Source: an uncultured Acidobacteriaceae bacterium (GTDB lineage: Bacteria; Acidobacteriota; Terriglobia; Terriglobales; Acidobacteriaceae). Taken from it: a DNA stretch of 64,000 bases. The notes below the pieces were generated by a model. That model saw only the letters and a program-made list of their open reading frames with translations. It ran no database searches and was not told the DNA's origin. Below, piece after piece: positions 11,165-21,098 of this stretch (its first letter is position 1; every line of letters starts with the position of its first letter). The stretch covers positions 160,540-224,539 of the forward strand of contig CAWEXZ010000010.1 of assembly GCA_963813215.1 (NCBI GenBank), read 5' to 3'. Position numbers and translations under genes: made by a program.

Positions 11165-11340
11165 AACAATGATTCCTTCAGGTCGGGATTCGGCCCGCGC
11201 GGAGCCGTCAAAGGGTCGGCGCGGAGCCGTTAAAAAGCGTCGTTCGATGCGTCAAAACAAGCCAATGACCGCACACAGGGGCAGTATTTAGTGTATCAGG
11301 TGCGAAGACCAGTGATCAGGAGGCAGGGTAATGTCCAGAT

Positions 11341-11369
11341 TTCAAAGGGCACGACTCAAACTCGTGCCC
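11341..11369 (-). terminator. Hairpin terminator candidate downstream of the beta-propeller gene / small ORF
   Basis: The reverse strand reads GGGCACGAgtttgagTCGTGCCC followed by TTTGAA. Confidence 0.45.
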
Positions 11370-11419
11370 AAAGAGCCAGCAATACCGACGTGGACTTTAG
11401 CCCCGGCGCCCTGGTTTCG

Positions 11420-11539
11420 TCAGGATCGATGGTTGCGATCATCGGGCTTGCGCGCTTCCATCCACTGCCGCCACTTGTAGTCGGCATACAGAGAAGCTGC
11501 AACGATGACGAGAGCGGCGATGGCGATGAGATACAACAT
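11420..11539 (-). CDS. Possible 39-aa single-pass membrane peptide
   Basis: Below the ORF-track size cutoff. My translation is MLYLIAIAALVIVAASLYADYKWRQWMEARKPDDRNHRS. It lies 18 nt downstream of the beta-propeller gene stop and is followed by a hairpin at 11347-11369. Confidence 0.3.
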   Translation of the reverse strand: MLYLIAIAALVIVAASLYADYKWRQWMEARKPDDRNHRS

Positions 11540-11557
11540 CGTCTGGTTCCGAGCGGC

Positions 11558-12646
11558 TTACCTGCCGATCACGATAACCGTGAAGCTGCCAGGCACAACC
11601 GAGGGCCGCGGCCGTGGCATCTGCGCGGTGGGTTCGGGGCGCGGCCCGAACTCCGCGGTCACGGTGTAGATGCGGTCCGTCGCGGGATCGTAAGCCATGG
11701 TGCGAGCGCCCTTCTGCGTGGGCAGCTTTTCGATGGTCGGATAACCCTTCGCGCCCGCATCCACCACGGACAGGATTCCGTCGCCGCTCGAAGCAAACAC
11801 CAGCTTGTACTTCGCACTCCAGCGCGCAGCGTCCGGCCCGTCGCCGATCGACGCCGTACCCATCAGCGTGCCGTCCTCAGAATTAACTACCGCCATTTTC
11901 TCCCCGTCGCACACCGGAAACAAGCGATGCCCGGCGACGTCGAAAGCCAGGCCGGAAGGAGAATCGCAGCCTGCCGGCCACTCGCCGGTGATGGTCTTCT
12001 CGCGCGCATCCAGGCGCACGATCTCACTCTTGTCCTCGATGTTGTCAAAGACGTGCCCCTGGCCGTCGACCGCCGGGAATTCGGGCTTGCCGGGCAGGGC
12101 GATGGTATCGAACACCTTCATGGAGGCGGCATCGATCACCGTCACATTGTGGCTGCGGCCGTTGAAGGCCCACACCGACTGCGTAAGGGGCTCGAAGATG
12201 ATGCCATCGGGATTAGTTCCAGCCGGGATGGTGGCAACTGTGGCAAGGCTGTTGCGATCGAAGACCACGACCGCGTTGCCGCCGCCATCGGAAATGTAGC
12301 CGTATTTGCCGGCCGTGTCGAAGGCGATGCCGTGCGTGCCATGCAGACCGGTGATGGCGCCCACGGGCTTGCCCGTCTCCGTGTCGATCACCTCCACGCG
12401 CGGCCCGTGCGCAATGTAGAGCCGGTGCGCAACCGAATCGTCGTGCAGGTAATCCCAGCCGCCCTCGCCGCCGATCTTCCAGTGGTCGATCACGTGATAA
12501 GGCTGCTCCAACCCCGCGGACGAAGACCCGTTCGCGGGGGGCCCCGTCTGCGCTGCGAGTGGTGCGGGCGCAAGGGCACAAGCGCAGGCCAAGGCCGCCG
12601 TACAGCCCATCTGCGCGAAAATATGCGATCCGTCATGTCGTTTCAT
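11558..12646 (-). CDS. Secreted YncE-like beta-propeller repeat protein
   Basis: Signal peptide, then repeated ~40-aa units (HGIAFDTAGKYGYISDGGGNAVVVFD, TNPDGIIFEP, PSGLAFDVAGHRLFPVCDGEK) typical of YVTN/YncE-type propellers. Confidence 0.75.
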   Translation of the reverse strand: MKRHDGSHIFAQMGCTAALACACALAPAPLAAQTGPPANGSSSAGLEQPYHVIDHWKIGGEGGWDYLHDDSVAHRLYIAHGPRVEVIDTETGKPVGAITGLHGTHGIAFDTAGKYGYISDGGGNAVVVFDRNSLATVATIPAGTNPDGIIFEPLTQSVWAFNGRSHNVTVIDAASMKVFDTIALPGKPEFPAVDGQGHVFDNIEDKSEIVRLDAREKTITGEWPAGCDSPSGLAFDVAGHRLFPVCDGEKMAVVNSEDGTLMGTASIGDGPDAARWSAKYKLVFASSGDGILSVVDAGAKGYPTIEKLPTQKGARTMAYDPATDRIYTVTAEFGPRPEPTAQMPRPRPSVVPGSFTVIVIGR

Positions 12647-12781
12647 AAGGGCCGCCTATCCTGATCGGGGCAAGGATATCATCTAGAGGCACACGCGGGA
12701 ATTAACGCAGTTTTCAGAGCGTGCTTTTCGCAATCATGCATTAACCTCATAACTGCAAACCGTTCACAGCCCGGAGGCAAT

Positions 12782-14059
12782 TTGCGCATTGTCCTGTCGA
12801 ACATCGGCACGCTTGGCGATATTCACCCACTGATCGCGATTGCCCTGGAGCTCAAGCGCCGCGGACACACGCCGGTGATGGCATTGGCAGAAGTCTATAG
12901 GCCGAAAATTGCCCCGCTGGGACTGGAGTTTCACCCACTGCGTCCGGACATCGATCCCACGAACACCATCCTGGTGGAGATGATCTACGACGTGAAGAAA
13001 GGAACCGAGCGCGGATTGCGCGAGTTTCTTTTTCCCGCGCTGCGACAGACCTATGACGACCTTCTCCATGCGGCCACTCATCCTGCCCGCGCCGACCTGC
13101 TGTTGCTGGGCGAGCTGAACTATGCCGGGCCGCTGGTTGCGGAAGTGACCGGCATTCCCTGGGCGAGTTATCTGCTCGCGCCTTTCTCATTTTTCTCCGC
13201 CTACGATCCGCCGGTGCTGCCACCCTATCCTAAACTCGCCAGGGCCGAGAAAGTGGTTCCACGCATGGGACATCTCATCAAGCGTGTTGCGCGGTTTGTC
13301 ACGCGCGCGTGGCCGGAGCCGGTCTATGCGCTGCGGCGCGAGCTTGGTTTGCCGCCCGGAAACAATCCGATCTTCGATGCCAAGCACTCGCCTGAACTTG
13401 TGTTGGCGCTCTTCTCCCATGCGTTGGGCATCGAGCAACAGGATTGGCCGCCCAATGTGCGCGTCACCGGCTTTTGTTTTTACGACGCCGATGCCGGCAA
13501 CGCCGCGCTGCCTGCGCACCTCGCAGAGTTTCTCGCCGCTGGCGAACCGCCTGTAGTCTTTACGCTGGGGTCGGCTGCGGTGCTGGCCGCGGGCCCGTTC
13601 TATCAGCTTTCCGCAAAGGCCGCCATGCGACTCGGCTGCCGCGCGGTGCTGCTCATCGGCAGCGACCCACGCAATCGGCCCACGGAAAAATTGCCGGATT
13701 CAATCTGCATAGCCGAGTACGCGCCCTACTCCGCGTTGTTTCCGCGCGCGTCTATCGTGGTGCACCAGGGCGGCGTGGGAACCACGGCGCAATGCCTGCG
13801 CGCAGGAAGACCCATGGTCATCATGCCTTACTCACACGACCAGCCGGACAACGCGCGCCGCATGCGCCGGATGAACCTGTCGCGCACCATCGAGCGCAAG
13901 GCGTACAAGCCGGCGCGCGTAGCGCGCACGCTGCGCGCCATGCTCGATAATCCGGGCTATGCTGCGCAGGCTGCGCGCGTGGCTGCGGAGCTCAACCACG
14001 AAGATGGTGTATGCAGCGCGTGCGATGCAATCGAAGAGCTTTGCGCGCGCAGCAAGTGA
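12782..14059 (+). CDS. GT1-family glycosyltransferase (UDP-glycosyltransferase/MGT-like)
   Basis: TTG start. N-terminal MRIVLSNIGTLGDIHPLIAIALELKRRGH and C-terminal donor-binding motif VVHQGGVGTTAQCLRAGRPMVIMPYSHDQPDNA. Confidence 0.85.
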   Translation: MRIVLSNIGTLGDIHPLIAIALELKRRGHTPVMALAEVYRPKIAPLGLEFHPLRPDIDPTNTILVEMIYDVKKGTERGLREFLFPALRQTYDDLLHAATHPARADLLLLGELNYAGPLVAEVTGIPWASYLLAPFSFFSAYDPPVLPPYPKLARAEKVVPRMGHLIKRVARFVTRAWPEPVYALRRELGLPPGNNPIFDAKHSPELVLALFSHALGIEQQDWPPNVRVTGFCFYDADAGNAALPAHLAEFLAAGEPPVVFTLGSAAVLAAGPFYQLSAKAAMRLGCRAVLLIGSDPRNRPTEKLPDSICIAEYAPYSALFPRASIVVHQGGVGTTAQCLRAGRPMVIMPYSHDQPDNARRMRRMNLSRTIERKAYKPARVARTLRAMLDNPGYAAQAARVAAELNHEDGVCSACDAIEELCARSK

Positions 14060-14254
14060 GCCTAATAGAAACGCTGCCAGGGTTGCCCAAGCGCAGCGAT
14101 TTTTGAATTCATGCGATCAACTGCACGCCGCGCCTGCGCATGAATTCTTGTAACTTCCGCGCGCGTAGCTCGTCTACTCCAACAGAAGGGCCTTCGGAAC
14201 GGAGCTTCGCGGAGGATCAAATCCAATCTCAATTTTCTTCGAGGAGATCTTCAC

Positions 14255-14890
14255 ATGAATAGTGGAGCTAGGGTAGCTCTGTCCGTTGCGCTGGCTTTTG
14301 GCGCATTTGTTTCCCCGCAATTTGCGCGGGCAGTCGACAATCAATCGGGCCAGGGAGCGAGCGCTTCGGCAAGTCAGGAAGCGAGCCAAATGGTCCCCGC
14401 AACAGTCGATCTGAAAAACGAGATCGATGCCCGCAAACTACACCCCGGCGATCCTTTTGAAGCCGTGCTTCAGCAGAATGTGCAACTGAAAAACGGCCCA
14501 AAGCTCCACCATGGAACCTTGTTGATGGGAACCGTGACCACCGACCAGACGGCTGAGGGCGACGCCCGACTGGCGCTGCGCTTTACGCGTGCCCAACTCA
14601 AAAATGGTCTGGTGATTCCGATTAAAGCAACCGTAGTTGAGATTGCGCAACCGCAGGAGGATTCGGGAATGAACGTGGCCGACGAGAGTGGATTGTGGTC
14701 TCCCCAAACGCTGCGCGTGGACCAGGTGAACGCTCTCTCCGGTGTAGACCTGCACAGCGCGATTGCCAGTCCCAACTCAGCGGTTTTCGTGTCGAACAAG
14801 AAGGATGATGTGAAGCTGATCGCCGGCAGTCAGATCGTGGTGGCCATCGCGGCTCAGCAGGGCAACAACGAAATGCAAGGTAGTCTGTAA
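14255..14890 (+). CDS. Hypothetical secreted protein
   Basis: 211 aa with signal peptide MNSGARVALSVALAFGAFVSPQFARA. No recognisable motif. Confidence 0.6.
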   Translation: MNSGARVALSVALAFGAFVSPQFARAVDNQSGQGASASASQEASQMVPATVDLKNEIDARKLHPGDPFEAVLQQNVQLKNGPKLHHGTLLMGTVTTDQTAEGDARLALRFTRAQLKNGLVIPIKATVVEIAQPQEDSGMNVADESGLWSPQTLRVDQVNALSGVDLHSAIASPNSAVFVSNKKDDVKLIAGSQIVVAIAAQQGNNEMQGSL

Positions 14891-14919
14891 TTCGTTCGCA
14901 GTGAAAGAATGTTTTGCCT

Positions 14920-14943
14920 TGTGGCCCGCGTCAGCGGGCCACA
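14920..14943. terminator. GC-rich hairpin between convergent genes (possible bidirectional terminator)
   Basis: TGTGGCCCGC-gtca-GCGGGCCACA, 4 nt from the HAD hydrolase stop. The U-tract is weak. Confidence 0.5.
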
Positions 14944-14947
14944 GGCG

Positions 14948-15595
14948 TCAGCGCTGCGTGTAGGAATCAGAGGTCAATCCTTGCCCCACGCCGCCCAGCC
15001 GGTTAAGCTCGTGGCGCAGTGCATCGGCGCCGGTGAAGCGGAGCGCGACCAGTCCCGCTGCTTCCGCGCCGGCCACATTTTCGGGGCGATCGTCGATAAA
15101 AAGAATGCGCTCCGGCGGACCGCCCACGATATCGACGGCGCGTTGATACATCGCCACGTCCGGTTTGCGCAGGCCCACGTAACACGACGTGAGCGCCACA
15201 TCGAAATAATTGCGCAGCCCGAATGTGTTGAACCGGTATTCGTTCAGCTCGCGCGCTTCGTTGTTCAACGAACCGATCAGATATCTGCCGGAGGCGGACA
15301 ATTCTTTCAGGATGCCCATAGCGCCGTCGGGCAGCAGCTTCGATTGAGCCAGCATGAAGGCCACGAATTCGTCGCGGGAAAAGCTGCGCGGCTCGTAGAA
15401 GACCGCCCCATCGACGTAGGTAGACATCGGCGTGCCGCCGCGCTCCCAAGGCCCGATCAGTTCGGCGTGGCGGGCCTGGAGGTCGGCTTCATCCATGTGA
15501 AAATGCGCGGCAGCTTGCGCGCGCTCCCGCACATCCCAGCTGTTGGTCAGCAGGACACCACCAATGTCAAACAAAATCACATCGAAGGGCAGCAT
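14948..15595 (-). CDS. HAD-superfamily hydrolase
   Basis: Motif I DVILFDIGGVL and a C-terminal FIDDRPENV motif. Confidence 0.85.
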   Translation of the reverse strand: MLPFDVILFDIGGVLLTNSWDVRERAQAAAHFHMDEADLQARHAELIGPWERGGTPMSTYVDGAVFYEPRSFSRDEFVAFMLAQSKLLPDGAMGILKELSASGRYLIGSLNNEARELNEYRFNTFGLRNYFDVALTSCYVGLRKPDVAMYQRAVDIVGGPPERILFIDDRPENVAGAEAAGLVALRFTGADALRHELNRLGGVGQGLTSDSYTQR

Positions 15596-15629
15596 CTATG
15601 ATGTTTCTCCGCGGGCTCCGCAATTATCT

Positions 15630-16109
15630 TCACGCCGGATTGGCCGATCCGTCGCCGCATGTGTATTTAGCCTCGATGGCCAGCACTTTTTTGTAGCGGC
15701 GCTGGAAGCGTTCTTCATTGGTAATGAATTTGGCCCCGACAAAAGCCTTCGCTGCCTCGTAGGCCAGCTCGGAACCGATGATGCGCGCACCCAGCACCAG
15801 CACGTTCATGTCATCATGCTCCACGCCCTGGTGGGCGGAGTAGGTGTCGTGGCAGATGCCGGCGCGGATGCCGGGAATCTTGTTGGCCGCCACGCACACG
15901 CCGACGCCGGAGCCGCAGATCAGGATGCCCCGTGGCGCGACGCCGCGCCGAATGGCATCGCCCACGAGCACGGCAAAGTCGGGATAGTCCGAAGGGTCGG
16001 CATTGAATGCGCCCAGGTCGATGACCTCGTGGCCAGCCGCGCCCAAGTAAGCACGCACTTCTTCCTTCAATGGAAATCCCGCGTGATCGGAACTGATAAC
16101 GAGTTTCAT
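15630..16109 (-). CDS. rpiB: Ribose-5-phosphate isomerase B
   Basis: 159 aa. MKLVISSDHAGFPLKEEV..., ICGSGVGVCVAANK and ARIIGSELA are RpiB/LacAB-family signatures. Confidence 0.92.
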   Translation of the reverse strand: MKLVISSDHAGFPLKEEVRAYLGAAGHEVIDLGAFNADPSDYPDFAVLVGDAIRRGVAPRGILICGSGVGVCVAANKIPGIRAGICHDTYSAHQGVEHDDMNVLVLGARIIGSELAYEAAKAFVGAKFITNEERFQRRYKKVLAIEAKYTCGDGSANPA

Positions 16110-16127
16110 AGTCGCTCCTCCGGAGCT

Positions 16128-16154
16128 CAGGGACCAAGGGAACGAGGGAACAAG
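16128..16154 (+). repeat. Family D purine-rich array (GGGAAC/GGGACC units)
   Basis: cagggaccaagggaacgagggaacaag. It forms an inverted pair with 16253-16287. Confidence 0.8.
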
Positions 16155-16252
16155 AAAACAAATCTGCGGCGCACTCGCGTGACTTGCTCAACCACATGTT
16201 CGTGCCGTCAGCGCTTCGGCAGGTGGACTTAACTACCGGTTCACGTAGCTTG

Positions 16253-16287
16253 CTTGTTCCCTTGGTCCCACGTTCTCTTGTTCCCTG
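16253..16287 (-). repeat. Family D array directly after the tkt stop (sense to tkt)
   Basis: The reverse strand reads cagggaacaagagaacgtgggaccaagggaacaag, starting 3 nt after the tkt stop. Confidence 0.8.
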
Positions 16288-16289
16288 TC

Positions 16290-18287
16290 TTATTTCAACA
16301 GCGCTTTCGCTTTTGCCGCGACGTTCTCGCCGGTGAATCCCAGGTGCTGCAGCACGATGGGGCCTGGTGCGGATGCGCCGAAGCGATCGATCCCGATGAC
16401 GGCTCCGTCCAGCCCTACATACTTCCACCACCCCAGCGTTGCGCCGGCTTCAATGGAGACTTTGGGCACGCCGTGCGGCAACACGCTGGCCTTGTAGGCG
16501 GCCGATTGCTCTTCGAATATCCTCCAGCTCGGCATGCTGACGACGCGGGCGCGAATACCGTCCGCGGCCAGCCGCTTGGCTCCATCGACTGCCGGCCACA
16601 ACTCCGAACCGGTGCCGATAATGATCACCTGCGGGTCCTTAACATCTTCGAGCACATACGCGCCCTTGCTTACGCCGGCGTAAACATCCACCTTCGAGGC
16701 ATCGATCACCGGCAGGTCCTGGCGGCTGAGCGCGAAGAAGCAGGGGCGGACCCGTTCCAGCGCGAGTCGCCAGCAGGCCGCCGTTTCGTTTGCGTCGCCA
16801 GGGCGGAAATCCGTGAGTTCCGGCACCGCGCGCAGCATCGTCAGGTGTTCTATCGGCTGATGCGTGGGACCGTCTTCGCCCAGGCCAATCGAGTCATGCG
16901 TGAAGACGAAGATGGAGTGCACCTTCATGAGAGCGGCCAGGCGGATGGCCGGCTTGGCGTAATCGGAGAAGCAGTAGAAGGTGGATCCGAACGGAATGAG
17001 CCCGCTGTGGGCTGCCATGCCATTTACTGCCGCGCACATGCCGAACTCGCGCACGCCGAAGAAGACGTTGCGGCCCGCCGGGTTCTCATGGAAGCTCGGG
17101 CTGTTTTTGAAAATGGTCTTGGTGGAAGCGGTGAGGTCGGCCGCGCCGCCAAATAGTTCAGGCACCCAATCGGCCAGCGCATTCATTACCGTGTTGCCGG
17201 CATTGCGCGTTGCAATCGACTTCTCAGTCCCGAAGCTCGGGATTGCCTTCACCCAGCCGTCCTTCAACTTGCGGCTCTGGGTGCGGACAAACTCGGCGGC
17301 CAGCTCCGGATATTTTTTCTTGTACGCGTCGAAGGCCTTGTCCCATGTGGCTTCTTCCTTCTTGCCGCGGTCCACGGCCTGGCGCCAGTTGGTCAGCGCC
17401 TCTTCGGGAACGTAGAAGCTCTTATCCTCAGGGAAACCGAAGAAACGCTTGGTGGCCGCGGTATCGGCCGCGCCCATTGCCTCGCCGTGTACCTTGTTGG
17501 TGCCCGCCTTGGGGCTGCCGTAGCCGATGACGGTGCGGACGGCAATGAACGAAGGCTTTTCGGTTTCGGCCTTGGCTGCCGCTATGGCCGCTTCAATTGC
17601 GCCCAGGTCGTTGCCGTCGGCCACGTGCTGCACGTGCCAGTGATAGGCCTCGAAGCGCTCCAGCACATTGTCGGTAAAGCTGAGCGAGGTGGGACCATCG
17701 AGCGAGACCAGGTTGTCGTCGTAAAGGAAGATGAGCTTGCCCAGCCCCAGCGTGCCGGCCAGCGCTGCCGCTTCGTGCGAGACGCCTTCCATCAGGTCGC
17801 CGTCGCCGCACATCGCAAAAGTGTAGTGGTCGACGATGCTGGCATCGGGCTTGTTGTAGATGGCCGCGAGATGCTTTTCGGCGATCGCCATTCCGACGGC
17901 CATTGCAATGCCCTGGCCCAGCGGCCCCGTGGTCACCTCCACGCCGTCGGCCTCGCCATACTCGGGATGCCCCGGCGTCTTCGACTCCCATTGCCGGAAC
18001 CCCTTCAGGTCGTCCATCGTCAGCTTGTAGCCGGAGAGATAGAGCGTGCCGTAGAGCAATGCGGAAGCGTGTCCGTTGGAAAGCACGAAGCGGTCGCGAT
18101 CGGCCCAATGGGAGTTGGCCGGATTGTGCTTCATCAGCTTGTGGAAGAGCAGGTAGGCCATGGGCGAGCAGCCCAGCGGTGCGCCGGGATGGCCGCTCTT
18201 CGCTTTCTCCACCATATCCACGGCCAGCAGGCGCAGTGTGTCGATTGAGAGCTGATCAAGGGAAACATTGGCGAGAGTAGTCGACAT
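16290..18287 (-). CDS. tkt: Transketolase
   Basis: SGHPGAPLG and the TPP motif [14 protein letters not shown], with transketolase-typical length. Start set at ATG 18287 ([19 protein letters not shown]). Confidence 0.95.
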   Translation of the reverse strand: MSTTLANVSLDQLSIDTLRLLAVDMVEKAKSGHPGAPLGCSPMAYLLFHKLMKHNPANSHWADRDRFVLSNGHASALLYGTLYLSGYKLTMDDLKGFRQWESKTPGHPEYGEADGVEVTTGPLGQGIAMAVGMAIAEKHLAAIYNKPDASIVDHYTFAMCGDGDLMEGVSHEAAALAGTLGLGKLIFLYDDNLVSLDGPTSLSFTDNVLERFEAYHWHVQHVADGNDLGAIEAAIAAAKAETEKPSFIAVRTVIGYGSPKAGTNKVHGEAMGAADTAATKRFFGFPEDKSFYVPEEALTNWRQAVDRGKKEEATWDKAFDAYKKKYPELAAEFVRTQSRKLKDGWVKAIPSFGTEKSIATRNAGNTVMNALADWVPELFGGAADLTASTKTIFKNSPSFHENPAGRNVFFGVREFGMCAAVNGMAAHSGLIPFGSTFYCFSDYAKPAIRLAALMKVHSIFVFTHDSIGLGEDGPTHQPIEHLTMLRAVPELTDFRPGDANETAACWRLALERVRPCFFALSRQDLPVIDASKVDVYAGVSKGAYVLEDVKDPQVIIIGTGSELWPAVDGAKRLAADGIRARVVSMPSWRIFEEQSAAYKASVLPHGVPKVSIEAGATLGWWKYVGLDGAVIGIDRFGASAPGPIVLQHLGFTGENVAAKAKALLK

Positions 18288-18375
18288 ATTCAGTGGATCC
18301 TTTCGTCGGCGGTGAGGCCTGGGAAACGCCTCGAGGGAAAATTCGGCATGGGCGCGTAGGGCGCCAACCATACCG

Positions 18376-20862
18376 CTAAACGGCTTCGATCTCGACCTTT
18401 ACATTGTATCCAAGCCAGGCGTCCGGCCCGGCATCCTGTGCAGTCCAATGCAGAGTCCATTCGATCTCGCGCGCGTCGGCCGGGGGCGCAATATCCGCGC
18501 TGAACCCTGCGCTGCCAACACCGCGGCTTTCGACTGTTTGCATCGTCTTCCACCCGTCCGCGGTCCACCGCACATCGAAACGCCGTTCGTCGATGATCCG
18601 CAGCCGGCGGCCTGCCGCCATTCTCTGAATGGGCCGTTGCCGCGTATAGACTTCGATGCTGCGCTGGATGTTTTTTCGCCCCTCCGGATCCGAGTAGCGC
18701 TGATACACCGGTTCGATCCGGTCGAAGACTTTTCCATCCTTGGCGGAACGCAGCAGCTTCAGGTACTCGGCGTGCGCCCACACCAGCGGCACCGCTGAGC
18801 CTGCGGGCTTGCCGCGGAACAGCTCGTGCTCCGGCAAGTCGTCCTCGTCCCACACCTGCTCGGGCAGCATCTGCCCCTGCGTGGCAAAGCCCTCGTAAGT
18901 GCGCAGCAGGGGTGCAATGTCGCGTCCCGCGGCCAGCTCGTAATGCGCGCGCTCACCGGTGAGCAGCGGCCATGGCCGGCCCTTTCCCGAGCCCTCGTAG
19001 GGGCTCCCATCGGCGCGCTGGCCGTAGCCGTCAAAGTTGTACCGCAGCCAGCCGGGCCCCTGCGGCAGATCGCGCTTCAGCACCGCGTCCACCACTTTCA
19101 GCGAGTCCACAATCAGTGGATCGTCGGCGCGGCGCACTCCGTAGCGCACCAGCTCAAGAAACCCCGCATCGATAATTTCGCGCGCCTCAAATTCTGCCCG
19201 CGTTCCCGGCGGACGGTTGTTCAGCTGGACAATCTCGTCGCCGCAGCTCTCGCACGCGTAAGCTTCACCCTTCTCCGGCGGGCGGATGCGCATGTAGTGG
19301 CGCTTGATCTTCGGATGCAGCATGCCGTTGAACGTGACCGTCCACTCCTCGAGATGGCCCTCGATCCAGTCGGCAAATTCCTCAAGAAATGGCCCCATGA
19401 CATCGCCGTCGCAGGCCCTCGACATCTCTGCCGCGCAGATGAGGCCCGAAATGACTGCGGCCAACGTGGAAGGCGAGTAGCCGGCATTCTCTTCCCAGCG
19501 CTCCTGGTGGGTGATGGGCGCCTGGCGTACCAGGCATCCGGCGGCGCGTTCGACGAAGGGAAAAATATCCAGCTCGCCCAGACCGCCGGCCTTCCACAGA
19601 CGCCAGGCCAGGATGAGCGGGAAGGCCACTTCGTCGAGCTGCTTGCCGCGCCAGTAGGGGGTTCCGTCGATCCAGAAATTCTGCGCGAAACCGCCATCGG
19701 GCTGCTGCGTGCAGGCCAGGTAAACGAGCGCACGGCGGGCGGTTTCGGCGCGCCCGCAGGCCAGCAGAGCCGTGGCGGTCTGCACCATGTCGCGCGTCCA
19801 CACCAGGTGGTAGCCGCCCATATCGTCATCGCTCATCACCTGGCCCCAGGGAATCGAAGCTGAGGCGACGAACGCGCCGGCGAAGGTCTTGTCTTCGTGG
19901 GCGAGCAATACGTTATGGCTGGCGCACATCAGGTTGCCACCGTCCTGCGCCTTGGCGGCCAGCCACTGGGGATTGGCTGCGCGCTGCCACTGGGCGATGA
20001 AGCGGGTGCGCAACTCGTCGTAGTTCATCGACAGCGCGCCCATGGCCTGTTGCGAAGCCGTGTGAGTGCCTTCCCCAATGCCGATGGCCAGAGTGAACTC
20101 CGCGTAGGCGACCTCCTGCTTTGAGGCTTTGCCGGCCAGCCCAACGCAGCGACCTTCGCCGGCCAGATCGATCTCGCCCATGATGGCCACATTCCCGCCA
20201 CTCGCCGAGCCGAACTCCCAACCCATGCGGTAGTCGTCCATCAGGTCCTGCCAGCCGTCGCTCGCGCCCACAAACCCGCAGCTCACGCGCGAGAAGCCGC
20301 AACTCGCCGCCATGGCCAGCGCCCACTCGTCCTTCCACGCCATCAGCGCCTTGCGTCCCGCAAGGTCGACCGCCCGCGCCGTGTTGCCGGCTCCACCGCC
20401 GCCCAAATGCGGCGCCAGCAGCGCATAAACCTTCAGCCGCGGCAACAGATCCGCATCGGCGTCGAGGCGCACACGCTGCAGCACCACCGAGTGGTGCGGA
20501 TCGCAGATGATCTCCTTGGTCAGGCTGTAGCGGCCCTCCGGATCGCGATTGACGTAACGCACGCCCAGCGCTTCAGGATGGATGTATTCGAAGTTGGAAA
20601 TCAGATGCCGCTTTTCCTCGTGCACGAAGGTTTCGCCGTCGGTGATGAGAAAGCCCATGTCGCGCACCTGGGCGCGATCGATGGTGGGGTGGTAGATCTC
20701 GTTCAGAATTCCGTGCGAGCAGGTGAACCAGACGCGGCTGGACGCCGAGTAGGCCGTGCCCACGGCATCCTTGACGCTCGAGGTCCAATGCGGAATCAGG
20801 CCAGGGCGGCCGAATGCCTCACCCTGCTGGTCAAGCCATCGGTAGAAGGGCTGGTCGCTCAT
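18376..20862 (-). CDS. GH15 glucoamylase/glucodextranase-like glycoside hydrolase
   Basis: 828 aa. It has an N-terminal beta-sandwich region and an (alpha/alpha)6 catalytic region with YHLVWTRDM and [16 protein letters not shown] motifs. Confidence 0.85.
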   Translation of the reverse strand: MSDQPFYRWLDQQGEAFGRPGLIPHWTSSVKDAVGTAYSASSRVWFTCSHGILNEIYHPTIDRAQVRDMGFLITDGETFVHEEKRHLISNFEYIHPEALGVRYVNRDPEGRYSLTKEIICDPHHSVVLQRVRLDADADLLPRLKVYALLAPHLGGGGAGNTARAVDLAGRKALMAWKDEWALAMAASCGFSRVSCGFVGASDGWQDLMDDYRMGWEFGSASGGNVAIMGEIDLAGEGRCVGLAGKASKQEVAYAEFTLAIGIGEGTHTASQQAMGALSMNYDELRTRFIAQWQRAANPQWLAAKAQDGGNLMCASHNVLLAHEDKTFAGAFVASASIPWGQVMSDDDMGGYHLVWTRDMVQTATALLACGRAETARRALVYLACTQQPDGGFAQNFWIDGTPYWRGKQLDEVAFPLILAWRLWKAGGLGELDIFPFVERAAGCLVRQAPITHQERWEENAGYSPSTLAAVISGLICAAEMSRACDGDVMGPFLEEFADWIEGHLEEWTVTFNGMLHPKIKRHYMRIRPPEKGEAYACESCGDEIVQLNNRPPGTRAEFEAREIIDAGFLELVRYGVRRADDPLIVDSLKVVDAVLKRDLPQGPGWLRYNFDGYGQRADGSPYEGSGKGRPWPLLTGERAHYELAAGRDIAPLLRTYEGFATQGQMLPEQVWDEDDLPEHELFRGKPAGSAVPLVWAHAEYLKLLRSAKDGKVFDRIEPVYQRYSDPEGRKNIQRSIEVYTRQRPIQRMAAGRRLRIIDERRFDVRWTADGWKTMQTVESRGVGSAGFSADIAPPADAREIEWTLHWTAQDAGPDAWLGYNVKVEIEAV

Positions 20863-21098
20863 GCATTTATGCCGGGTCGCACATCGAAGAGATGGGGAAG
20901 ATTCGAAAGCTCGATCACGGCAGGTTAGATGATTTTACTCGAGGATGGTTACATCGAAGTTTCAGTCTGACCAGCTACCCCGCCGCCCAGAACACACAAG
21001 GCGCATGAAATTCGGCCATCGGTAAGCCATTGAATTTGTTTGGAGCGGCCGAGTCTTCCGCGCAGATCCCTCGATTCCAGTTTGCGATTTTGCCGACT

